NCBI GenBank assembly: GCA_040755775.1
Contig: JBFMAJ010000002.1
Coordinates: 1 to 36,242 of the forward strand
Source of the DNA: Nitrospirota bacterium
GTDB taxonomy: Bacteria > Nitrospirota > Nitrospiria > JACQCE01
Length of the DNA: 36,242 nucleotides
Direction: 5' to 3'
Position numbers and translations under genes: made by a program. Shown here in pieces: positions 1 to 8,328 of the stretch. Numbering within the stretch: the stretch's first letter is position 1; every line of letters begins with the position of its first letter. The notes below the pieces were generated by a model. It saw only the letters and a list, made by a program, of their open reading frames with translations. It was not told the origin of the DNA and did no database searches.

Positions 1-1
1 G

Positions 2-1347
<1,346 letters not shown>

Positions 1348-1348
<1 letters not shown>

Positions 1349-1605
1349 TGGCCGAGCATACCCTGCAACTCGACATCGCCACGCCGGAACAACTGCTGGT
1401 GAGCCAAGCGGTGGAGATGGTCACCGCGCCCGGCAGCGAGGGGGAGTTCGGCGTGCTGCCCGGCCACTGCCTCTTCCTGAGCAGCCTTCGGGAGGGGGCT
1501 GTGCGTTATCAGCTCAACGGCCAAACGACCGTGCTGAATATCAGCGGCGGCTTCGCCCACGTCGCCAACGACCACGTCATCATCCTGGCCGATTCCGTAT
1601 TATAG
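1348..1605 (+). CDS. atpC: ATP synthase epsilon subunit, short form (85 aa; N-terminal beta-sandwich domain only)
   Basis: TAATG overlap with the atpD stop. Epsilon-like N-terminal sequence (LQLDIATPEQLLVSQAVEMVTAPGSEGEFGVLPGHCLFLSSL...). Ends where the C-terminal helical hairpin normally begins. Confidence 0.85.
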
Positions 1606-2430
1606 AAAGAACGGGTTATGCGCCCGTTCTTCACCCACGGTCGTCATGGGGCCATGGCCGGGATAGATGATCGTCTCATCGAGCAGCGTGAAAATCTTCG
1701 CCCGGATTCCTTCCAGTAACCGTCGATAATCGACCGGAGAACGGGCCCGTCCAACCGAGCCGGCGAAGAGACAATCCCCCACGAAGACGGCGCCGGGCGC
1801 CAGATAGCACACCCCGCTGTGCGTATGGCCGGGCACCCACCGGACGCGCACGGTCGTGCCTCCCACGGGGATGGCCGTCTCTTCATGGGCCGCCACGTCG
1901 CGGCCCTCTTTCCAGATCGCTGCGAGCGCCGGCTGATCCAACGGATGGGCCACCAGCCGCGCGCCGCTGCCGGCCTGCAACTGCTCGACGCCGCCAACGT
2001 GATCGATATGGGTATGGGTCAGCAGAATGGCCGTGATGCGAAGACCGGCGGTGCGCGCCGCCTCGAGCACGCGCTCGGGCGCATTGGCGGTGTCGATGGC
2101 GGCCGCCTCATCACTGCCCGGATCGCAGAGCAGATAGCTGTTGACGGCGTAGCCGCCCAGCGAGCCGACGACCTGTAGCACCGCGCCGGCCGAAGAAACG
2201 GGGCGGGGAGACCATCGTTCGTCGGCAATCGCCTGCAGACGGGCCGGCTCCAATCCCAGCACTGCCGCCAGCCGCGCCAGCTCGTCCGTCGGCGGATGAC
2301 CGTCGCCGCGCTCCAGTCGGCTGATGCGGCCGGCCGGCAGACCCGCGCGCCGGGCCAATTCTTCGACGCTCCAGCCGGCCCCGGCCCGGGCCTTCTGCAG
2401 AATATCGCCATAGTGATCTTCCAGCGCCAT
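1600..2430 (-). CDS. HTH-XRE domain fused to an MBL-fold (glyoxalase II-like) metallo-hydrolase
   Basis: N-terminus WSVEELARRAGLPAGRISRLERGD is an XRE-type helix-turn-helix. The C-terminal domain carries the THTHIDHVGG (HxHxDH) metallo-beta-lactamase motif plus downstream PGHTHSG and GDCLF motifs. The 3' end overlaps atpC convergently by 6 nt. Confidence 0.8.
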   Translation of the reverse strand: MALEDHYGDILQKARAGAGWSVEELARRAGLPAGRISRLERGDGHPPTDELARLAAVLGLEPARLQAIADERWSPRPVSSAGAVLQVVGSLGGYAVNSYLLCDPGSDEAAAIDTANAPERVLEAARTAGLRITAILLTHTHIDHVGGVEQLQAGSGARLVAHPLDQPALAAIWKEGRDVAAHEETAIPVGGTTVRVRWVPGHTHSGVCYLAPGAVFVGDCLFAGSVGRARSPVDYRRLLEGIRAKIFTLLDETIIYPGHGPMTTVGEERAHNPFFL

Positions 2431-2444
2431 GAGCCACCAAAAAT

Positions 2445-2490
2445 AATAGGGACACGTCCGATTTATGCGAAATTGGGACGTGTCCCTATT
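2445..2490 (-). terminator. Intrinsic terminator hairpin after the cyclophilin gene (perfect 15-bp stem, 16-nt loop, T-tract on the minus strand)
   Basis: AATAGGGACACGTCC (2445-2459) is the exact reverse complement of GGACGTGTCCCTATT (2476-2490). On the minus strand the stem is followed by TATTATTTTTGG. It begins 9 nt after the stop of the 2499..3095 CDS. Confidence 0.65.
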
Positions 2491-2498
2491 TAATGTGG

Positions 2499-3095
2499 TT
2501 ACTTGCTGCGAATAATCGTCAGCTTTTTAATGACGACCGGGGTGCTCGGACGGTCGCCGGGGCCCTTGGGCACCCGCGCGATCTTCTTGACGACATCCAG
2601 CCCCTCGGTCACCTCGCCGAAAATCGTATGCTTGTTGGTCAGCCAGTCCGTGGGCGCCTCCGTGATAAAAAATTGGCTGCCGTTGGTGTTGGGCCCGGCG
2701 TTGGCCATCGCCAGCAGGCCCGGCCGATTAAACTTCAGCGACGGATGAAATTCATCCTCGAATTTATAGCCAGGCCCTCCGGTGCCGGTGCCCAACGGAT
2801 CGCCCCCCTGGATCATGAAGTCGGGAATGACGCGATGAAAGATCAGGCCGTCATAGAAGGGTTTCTTGACCTTCTGGCCGCTTTTGGGATCGGTCCATTC
2901 CTTGGTCCCCTCGGCCAGGCCGACGAAATTGGCCACCGTCTTGGGCGCTTCCTTGTCAAACAGTTTGACCACAATCATGCCCTGCGTCGTCTCAAACTTG
3001 GCGGCCATTCCCGATGCGCCCTCCGCCGCCATCACCATCGATACCGCCATACCCACCAAGAGACTTGCCACCGCACCGCCCAGCCAGATCGTCAT
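2499..3095 (-). CDS. Cyclophilin-type peptidyl-prolyl cis-trans isomerase with N-terminal signal peptide/anchor
   Basis: Cyclophilin signature [15 protein letters not shown] and GSQFFIT...[12 protein letters not shown] moved the start from 3128 to the ATG at 3095 because an AGGAGG Shine-Dalgarno (plus-strand cctcct, 3102-3107) sits 6 nt upstream, and this removes the overlap with trmI. Hydrophobic N-terminus [26 protein letters not shown]. Confidence 0.9.
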   Translation of the reverse strand: MTIWLGGAVASLLVGMAVSMVMAAEGASGMAAKFETTQGMIVVKLFDKEAPKTVANFVGLAEGTKEWTDPKSGQKVKKPFYDGLIFHRVIPDFMIQGGDPLGTGTGGPGYKFEDEFHPSLKFNRPGLLAMANAGPNTNGSQFFITEAPTDWLTNKHTIFGEVTEGLDVVKKIARVPKGPGDRPSTPVVIKKLTIIRSK

Positions 3096-3108
3096 CGCAT
3101 GCCTCCTG

Positions 3109-3957
3109 TTAATTCGCGTCCCGCTCATCGTCCATCTCCTCCTGCGCCGACACCGCCGGCCGGCCGGCGGCCGATTCGGGCGACCGGCTGACGCGGCGCG
3201 CCACGGTTAAAAAGCCGCTGTGGGCGACCATCCGCAGTTGCGGCCGCACGCTGCGCCCTTCGATCTGCCAGGGCCGCTCCAGCCCCTCCGTCGTTTCAAT
3301 CAAGGCAAACTCGCACGAGGCCTGTAAGGCCGCCACCAGCTTTTCCACCTGAGGCACCGTGGGCAAAAAGGTCAGCAGAATGCCCCCCGGCCGCAGCGCT
3401 TCAAGCACGCCCGTGATCATTCGCCACGGCTCCGGCAAATCGAGCACCACGCGGTCCAGTTCCCGCTCTTCAATCCCCTCGGCCAGATCCCGCCGGCGCA
3501 CGGTCAGTTGCGGCGTCTCGCCCAGAAAACGCTGGATATTTTTTTCAGCGCGGGCGGCAAAATCCTCGCGCATTTCATAGGAAAATAACTGGCCCTTCTC
3601 GCCCACGGCCCGCAACAAGGCGATCGTCAACGCGCCGGAGCCCAGGCCGGCTTCCAGCACGCGGGCGCCGGGAAAGATGTCAGCCTTCATCAGAATGGCG
3701 GCGATATCCTTGGGATAGAGAATCTGCGCGCCGCGCGGCATCCGCAGCAGGTACTCGGCAAGGGTCGGACGCACCACCAGAAACCAACGGCCGCCGGAGG
3801 ACTTCACCCATCGCCCCTCCGGTTGGCCGATCAGCTCATCATGCGCGAGCCACTCGCCCGAGTACTGGAAACGGTCGCCGGCCTTCAACGTCACGGCGTA
3901 GTGCCGCTGCTTCTCGCTGATCACATGGACCAGCTCGCCGGCGCACAGGGGTTTCAT
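3109..3957 (-). CDS. trmI: tRNA (adenine58-N1)-methyltransferase (TrmI/GCD14 family)
   Basis: GCD14-like N-terminus ([27 protein letters not shown]) and SAM motif [22 protein letters not shown]. Start set at Met93 of the listed 374-aa ORF (ATG at 3957), which makes an ATGA overlap with the ttuA stop. The 92 upstream codons lie inside ttuA and are G/A/R-rich junk. Confidence 0.85.
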   Translation of the reverse strand: MKPLCAGELVHVISEKQRHYAVTLKAGDRFQYSGEWLAHDELIGQPEGRWVKSSGGRWFLVVRPTLAEYLLRMPRGAQILYPKDIAAILMKADIFPGARVLEAGLGSGALTIALLRAVGEKGQLFSYEMREDFAARAEKNIQRFLGETPQLTVRRRDLAEGIEERELDRVVLDLPEPWRMITGVLEALRPGGILLTFLPTVPQVEKLVAALQASCEFALIETTEGLERPWQIEGRSVRPQLRMVAHSGFLTVARRVSRSPESAAGRPAVSAQEEMDDERDAN

Positions 3958-4901
3958 GGCTCTTGATGGAGTTGAATGAACGGCCCCGGCAACGGACGAA
4001 CCCCCGCCATGGGCGCCACCAGCCGGCAATGGCCGCACAGTTCGCTGGTGGTCGGCTCCCCGCACTGGGCGCATTCGCGCAGCGCAGCCTCGGCCGCCGA
4101 CGCGGGCGGGGCCAGCGGCTGGCGGCGCAGAAACTCCAGATAGAAAAACTGCTTGGTCCCCGGCGACTGCTGCTCCAACTGATTCAGGACCCCCTTGTAT
4201 TGCAGCGATTTGGCGTCGTGGCTCATCGGGCATTCATCGATCATGTAGTCGATCTTGCGCAGCACGGCGTAGGCGGCGATCTCCCGCTCGGCCAGCCGGT
4301 AGAGCGGCTTCACTTTTCGCGCGAGCTTGGACTCCCAGGCGGGCAGGGCGGGCGACTGCTTGGCCAGATAATCGGTCTGCCAATGGAGCAGATTGCCCAG
4401 CAGGCGGGCGGCTTCATCATCCAAATTATGGCCGGTGGCCACGACGTGAACCCCCAACTCGCGGGCGATCTTGTTGAAGGCGTAGCGCTTCAGCGTCCCG
4501 CAGGCCGAGCAGGCGCTGCGGCGCGCCGTCTCGGCGATCTCAGGCACGCCGCCGCCGTACTCGTTCGCGAGAGCATAGACCGTCAACGGCAACTGGCGGG
4601 CATCGGCGAATGCCCTCGTTTTCATTTCAGAGATCTCGGAATACCCGCCGATGCCCTGTTGCACGTGAAGGCCCGCGGCTTGATAGCCCAAGCGGTGGAG
4701 CAGATCCCAGAGCGCCAGGCTGTCTTTTCCGCCGGAAACGGCGATCAGCACCGCCTCATCCTTGCGGAACATCCGGTAGTCTTGAATCGCCCGCTCCACC
4801 TGGCCGATCACGTACTGGTCGAAGCAGCCCGCGCAGAGCGCCGTATGGTGGCGCGGCAGCAGGATGGCCACGGGCGTGGCGCGGCAGCGCTTACAGCGCA
4901 T
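3954..4901 (-). CDS. ttuA: tRNA 2-thiolation PP-loop ATPase, TtuA-like (tRNA-5-methyluridine54 2-sulfurtransferase)
   Basis: PP-loop SGGKDS. N-terminal CxxC...CxxC zinc finger (MRCKRC...LCAGC). Central CSACG and ECP cysteines. C-terminal CAQCG...CGHC finger. Collinear with Thermus TtuA as I remember it (VATGHNLDDEAA, VKPLYR..EREI). Start chosen at MRCKRC (4901); the listed ORF extends to 4967. Confidence 0.85.
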   Translation of the reverse strand: MRCKRCRATPVAILLPRHHTALCAGCFDQYVIGQVERAIQDYRMFRKDEAVLIAVSGGKDSLALWDLLHRLGYQAAGLHVQQGIGGYSEISEMKTRAFADARQLPLTVYALANEYGGGVPEIAETARRSACSACGTLKRYAFNKIARELGVHVVATGHNLDDEAARLLGNLLHWQTDYLAKQSPALPAWESKLARKVKPLYRLAEREIAAYAVLRKIDYMIDECPMSHDAKSLQYKGVLNQLEQQSPGTKQFFYLEFLRRQPLAPPASAAEAALRECAQCGEPTTSELCGHCRLVAPMAGVRPLPGPFIQLHQEP

Positions 4902-5115
4902 CGGCGCCTGCCCCGCCGGAAATGACCGGCCGAATCTCAATCCGATCCTCATCGGCCACCAGCTCATCCTCCGTGATCAAGGTATCGTTCCGGATCACCA
5001 GCACCGTCTCCGGCAGCAGATTCAGCTCTTTCAACAGCGCGCGGACGCGGCAAGGGCCCTTCATCGTCACGTCGCGCGCGGGATGATGGCACTTGATGAT
5101 CATCAGAGGGGGCAT
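4891..5115 (-). CDS. ttuB: ThiS/MoaD-fold ubiquitin-like sulfur carrier (TtuB-like), with an internal GG followed by 6 extra residues
   Basis: About 65-aa beta-grasp-like sequence ending ...DEDRIEIRPVISGG, then AGADAL and a stop. Lies immediately upstream of ttuA and overlaps it by 11 nt. Start is uncertain (TTG 5133, ATG 5115 or ATG 5103). Confidence 0.65.
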   Translation of the reverse strand: MPPLMIIKCHHPARDVTMKGPCRVRALLKELNLLPETVLVIRNDTLITEDELVADEDRIEIRPVISGGAGADAL

Positions 5116-5143
5116 CTTAGCGGAAACGAGCAATTCATTGCAA
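5114..5143 (-). promoter_or_regulatory. Candidate sigma70-type promoter for the ttuB-ttuA-trmI-ppi operon
   Basis: The minus strand reads TTGCAA (5143-5138), an 18-nt spacer, then TAAGAT (5119-5114). The -10 overlaps the ATG at 5115, which would favour the ATG at 5103 as a near-leaderless start. Pattern match only. Confidence 0.3.
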
Positions 5144-5203
5144 CCGCGCCGCGGCCGAAGCGCGAGAGCAAAAAATATGAATGAAATCAGAGACTCGGGG
5201 ATT

Positions 5204-5878
5204 TCAGAGGTTGAGCAGTTTAGTGAGAATGCTGGTGCGGCTGCCGGCCTGGCACTTGGCCATGATGTGCTTCAAATGGTCCTTCACCGTATATTCCTGA
5301 ATATTCAGCGAGGCGGCAATCTCTTTATTGCTGTCTCCCTGCACCAGGCGCGTGACCACTTCCTGCTCCCGTTTGGTCAATCCGTAGACGTCGCCCAAGC
5401 GCTCGGGATTCAGGCTTTTTCGCTGCCCAATTCGCTGCACAACCAAAAAAATCAATTTTCGGCCGCTCGGGGAGGTCGAGCGGCCAAGAGACAGCGCCAT
5501 CACCAAATAATGTTGCTCCGAAGGACTGCGGAACACCATGGCCTGTCGTGGCGGCGCCTCATCGGTTTGGGGCGTAACTCGTCCTGATTGTTTACAAAAA
5601 TCAGCAATTTGCGTGGGAAGCAGAAAGTGGGGATTCCCATTCCCACGAATTTGAGGAAGACTTTCCTTTAAGAATTTGGCGGCCTCATCGCTGGCAAATA
5701 CCACTCTCGCTGGGAGTTCCACTACCAAAATGGCTGGAAGTTCACGTTTTTGCAAGAGATCCTCAACAGAAAGATCCTGGCTGTAGCTTTTTTGCATCAT
5801 AGTGCTTGCCAATGAATGATGGAATATCGCGGTAGTAGCGGCATTTTGATACCAATAAATGAAAAACCGGTGGGACAC
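5204..5878 (-). CDS. LuxR-family transcriptional regulator, EpsA-like (EPS locus regulator)
   Basis: C-terminal LuxR/FixJ HTH: LTKREQEVVTRLVQGDSNKEIAASLNIQEYTVKDHLKHIMAKC. Divergent from the EPS operon, like EpsA in Methylobacillus-type PEP-CTERM-associated eps loci. Start uncertain: GTG at 5878 or ATG-ATG at 5800/5797. The 5' half of the gene is visibly more AT-rich than its surroundings. Confidence 0.8.
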   Translation of the reverse strand: MSHRFFIYWYQNAATTAIFHHSLASTMMQKSYSQDLSVEDLLQKRELPAILVVELPARVVFASDEAAKFLKESLPQIRGNGNPHFLLPTQIADFCKQSGRVTPQTDEAPPRQAMVFRSPSEQHYLVMALSLGRSTSPSGRKLIFLVVQRIGQRKSLNPERLGDVYGLTKREQEVVTRLVQGDSNKEIAASLNIQEYTVKDHLKHIMAKCQAGSRTSILTKLLNL

Positions 5879-6002
5879 AACTGGGAAAAAACCCTGACGG
5901 GTTGAAAGGAAAAAACACGAGGCTTTATCGGTTGCTTCACTGAGGGAGCCCTAGGGTGAATTCCCTACAAGAAAGAGCCCAAATTATAGCTACCGCTCAC
6001 CC

Positions 6003-6026
6003 GGGTGTCAAGACACACTGACACCC
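6003..6026. promoter_or_regulatory. 8-bp inverted repeat in the divergent luxR/pilZ control region (possible operator or hairpin)
   Basis: GGGTGTCA (6003-6010) and TGACACCC (6019-6026) with an 8-nt loop, followed by CCCCTTTTGA. It lies in the 265-bp gap between the two divergent genes. Confidence 0.25.
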
Positions 6027-6143
6027 CCCTTTTGAGGGATTGTTCGTGCGCGGATAGCCATGGTACAAGTGAGCCTTGCACCTGATGCGTTCTTGATGCA
6101 TCGAACGGCGCACGACGCCCAGAGCGACAGGAGACTCCACAAC

Positions 6144-6467
6144 ATGACTATTGCTCCTCCAAACGGGCACCGGCGGCCGAACCGCCTCCCGTTTCTCCGA
6201 CCAATCACGTACGCATTGGGCGCGCCCGGCTCGGTTGAATCGGCGCAGCAGAAAAATCCCGCCGCGGCGATCAATATCAGCGAGGGCGGGTTGTGCTTGC
6301 TGGTCAAGGAGCCGATCAATGAGACCGACATTATCCGGGTTGACCTGCCGTTGGCCGACGTGTCCACGACCAGCGCCACCCTGGCGGAGGTGAAGTGGCT
6401 CAAGCCGGCGCCCTGGTCGACCATGCAATCGCCGGAATATTTCGTCGGCGTGCAATTTTTATTGTAG
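6144..6467 (+). CDS. Single-domain PilZ (c-di-GMP receptor) protein; first cistron of the EPS operon
   Basis: Both PilZ motifs are present: RRPNR (RxxxR) and, about 30 residues later, NISEGG (D/NxSxxG). Start moved to the ATG at 6144, which has AGGAG about 10 nt upstream. The stop lies 9 nt before the next gene. Confidence 0.75.
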   Translation: MTIAPPNGHRRPNRLPFLRPITYALGAPGSVESAQQKNPAAAINISEGGLCLLVKEPINETDIIRVDLPLADVSTTSATLAEVKWLKPAPWSTMQSPEYFVGVQFLL

Positions 6468-6476
6468 AGCGTTCTA

Positions 6477-7145
6477 ATGATCCCGCGCGCGCGTCCAACA
6501 CATTTTTCGTTCAACGTGCTTTCGCTTGCGGGCTGGGCCGCGACCGCCCTTCTGCTCATCGGAAACGCGGGCTGCGTGGTCCACTCCCAGCCGGCGGGGC
6601 GGGGAGGCCAGACCAGGCCCGTCGAGCAAACGGCCAAGCCGACGAACGGCGTTCCAACGGACTACATCATCGGCGCCGGCGACGTGCTGGAAATTCTCGT
6701 CTGGAAAAACACCGATATTTCAAGAACCGTCACGGTCCGGCCGGATGGAAAAATCTCTCTGCCGTTGCTCAACGATGTGCAGGCCGCCGGCCTGACGCCG
6801 ATGGCGTTGAAAGAACAAATCGCCCAGGAGCTGAAAAAATTCAAGGAGCTACCCGAAGTCTCCGTCATCGTGACCGACACGAAAAGCCAGGTGGTCTACT
6901 TGATGGGGCAGGTCACCAACCCGGGGCCGTACCCGCTGACCCCGAACACCACCATCCTCCAGGTCATCGCCCAAGGCGGCGGGTTTACGCCCTTTGCCGC
7001 CCGCGACAGCATTGTGGTCATCCGCCGCGGGGAGAACGGCGGCAAGGAACAGCGGATTCGGGTGAACTACAACTCCATACTGGCGGGACGGGTGTCGGTG
7101 AGCGACATCGCGCTTCATGCCGGGGATACCATCGTTGTTCCATGA
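6477..7145 (+). CDS. Polysaccharide export outer-membrane lipoprotein (Wza/EpsE-like; Poly_export + SLBB domains)
   Basis: Lipobox LLIGNAGC. Poly_export motif DYIIGAGDVLEILVWKN...VRPDGKISLPLLNDVQAAGLTPMALKEQI. SLBB-like GQVTNPGPYPL. Confidence 0.9.
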   Translation: MIPRARPTHFSFNVLSLAGWAATALLLIGNAGCVVHSQPAGRGGQTRPVEQTAKPTNGVPTDYIIGAGDVLEILVWKNTDISRTVTVRPDGKISLPLLNDVQAAGLTPMALKEQIAQELKKFKELPEVSVIVTDTKSQVVYLMGQVTNPGPYPLTPNTTILQVIAQGGGFTPFAARDSIVVIRRGENGGKEQRIRVNYNSILAGRVSVSDIALHAGDTIVVP

Positions 7146-7167
7146 GCCGGAAACCCTCAAACTTGCG

Positions 7168-8328
7168 ATGGTGTGGGCCGTCATGACCATCCTCGGTGCA
7201 TTGCTGTCCGGCGGCTGGGCCTCACGGGCCTCGGCCGAGCCGTGGTCGGTGCAAACATCGTTGTCCGTTTCCTCAACACTGGACACCAATGTCGACCAAA
7301 GCTCTTCGGCGGATCGGCGGAGTGACGTCATCACCACGTTGTCGCCCAATTTGTCGGTGGTCCGGCGCGGGCAGCGAATCATCCTGACTATGAACGGGCG
7401 GACGAATTACGATCTGTACGTGGTGGATCGCCATCTCAACAACGCGGCATATGGGGGCGGCGTCGCCCTGACGATCAACGGACTCGGCGGACGGCTCAGC
7501 AACGCCACGCTGGACCTGTCTGACAATTATGTGTTCACCAAACAACTGATCAACGTGCCGATCCCGGGCGATCAGCTGGGCAACGACGGGTTGCTAACCC
7601 GGCGCACCAATACGTCGCGCAACATCTTCGCCGCAACGCTGACCAGACCGTTGACACCGCAATTGAGCGCGGTCATCGGCTACGGCAACACCGTCACGAA
7701 GTATCAGGCCGCACAGCTCACCGATGCCGTCGACCATCGCGCCAACGCCCGGCTGAACTATGCGGCTACGGCCCTCACAACGCTGAACGCCGCCTATGCC
7801 CTGCGCGTGCAGGAACAGGGGGACCAGGCGTTTCTCAGCCACCAGCTCCTCACCGGGGTCAACACGGCGTTCACGCCGATGCTGACAGCGTCCCTGAACG
7901 GCGGGGTGTCGTACTTCACCGCCAGCAACCAGACGTTCCTGATCCTCACGGGCAACGTGACGAAACAGTTTGAATATGCACAGGTGTGGCTCAACCACAG
8001 CCGGCAGGTCTCCTACGGAGGCGGACTGTTTAAAACACCCGCGTACGGTCAGTCGGTGCGCATCGGGGCGAGCCGCACCATGGGACCGAACGGAGAGACG
8101 ACGGCCAGCGTCACAGCGGGCTACCGTGACACCCGAGCCACCCAGGGAGGCACCACCAAGGCCCGCACGATCGATATGAGCGCCACAATCAGACAGACGA
8201 TTTCGCAATGGCTCAGTGCCGGCATTGACGTGCGGCATATTAACCAGCATAGCAGCGGCGGCGCGCACATCCGTAACGAAACCATCACATTGACGCTCAC
8301 CGGCGCATGGAGTTCGCCAATACCATGA
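7168..8328 (+). CDS. Putative outer-membrane beta-barrel protein (PEP-CTERM-locus-associated OMP type)
   Basis: Signal peptide MVWAVMTILGALLSGGWASRASAEP. The rest is T/S/N/G/Y-rich with an alternating amphipathic beta-strand pattern and ends ...ITLTLTGAW. No enzymatic motif. Function inferred from composition and position between Wza-like and Wzz-like genes. Confidence 0.55.
   Translation: MVWAVMTILGALLSGGWASRASAEPWSVQTSLSVSSTLDTNVDQSSSADRRSDVITTLSPNLSVVRRGQRIILTMNGRTNYDLYVVDRHLNNAAYGGGVALTINGLGGRLSNATLDLSDNYVFTKQLINVPIPGDQLGNDGLLTRRTNTSRNIFAATLTRPLTPQLSAVIGYGNTVTKYQAAQLTDAVDHRANARLNYAATALTTLNAAYALRVQEQGDQAFLSHQLLTGVNTAFTPMLTASLNGGVSYFTASNQTFLILTGNVTKQFEYAQVWLNHSRQVSYGGGLFKTPAYGQSVRIGASRTMGPNGETTASVTAGYRDTRATQGGTTKARTIDMSATIRQTISQWLSAGIDVRHINQHSSGGAHIRNETITLTLTGAWSSPIP

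Noticed and set aside
1607-1631. 9-bp stem (AAGAACGGG/CCCGTTCTT) as the atp operon terminator
   Set aside because: It has no following T-tract and lies inside the coding 3' end of the convergent gene. It is mentioned in a finding but not called as a feature.
3958-4233. 92-codon N-terminal extension of the trmI ORF as listed (3109..4233)
   Set aside because: The extension lies entirely within ttuA in another frame and is G/A/R-rich. Met93 gives an ATGA stop-start junction and a normal TrmI N-terminus.
3963-4925. 320-aa plus-strand ORF across ttuA
   Set aside because: It is antisense to a gene with PP-loop and zinc-finger motifs, and the product is an R/G/A/L-rich low-complexity sequence.
5879-6143. 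Possible small RNA or riboswitch in the 265-bp divergent intergenic region
   Set aside because: Only short palindromes are present (GGGTGTCA/TGACACCC, a GAATTC-centred stem and GATGCATC). No recognisable riboswitch consensus was seen, so it is treated as an ordinary divergent promoter/operator region.
6395-7186. 263-aa plus-strand ORF overlapping the pilZ 3' end and the whole Wza-like gene in another frame; also 5997..6455 (-) and 6008..6637 (-)
   Set aside because: The Arg/Pro/Gly-rich products have no motifs, while the competing frames encode PilZ and Poly_export/SLBB signatures.
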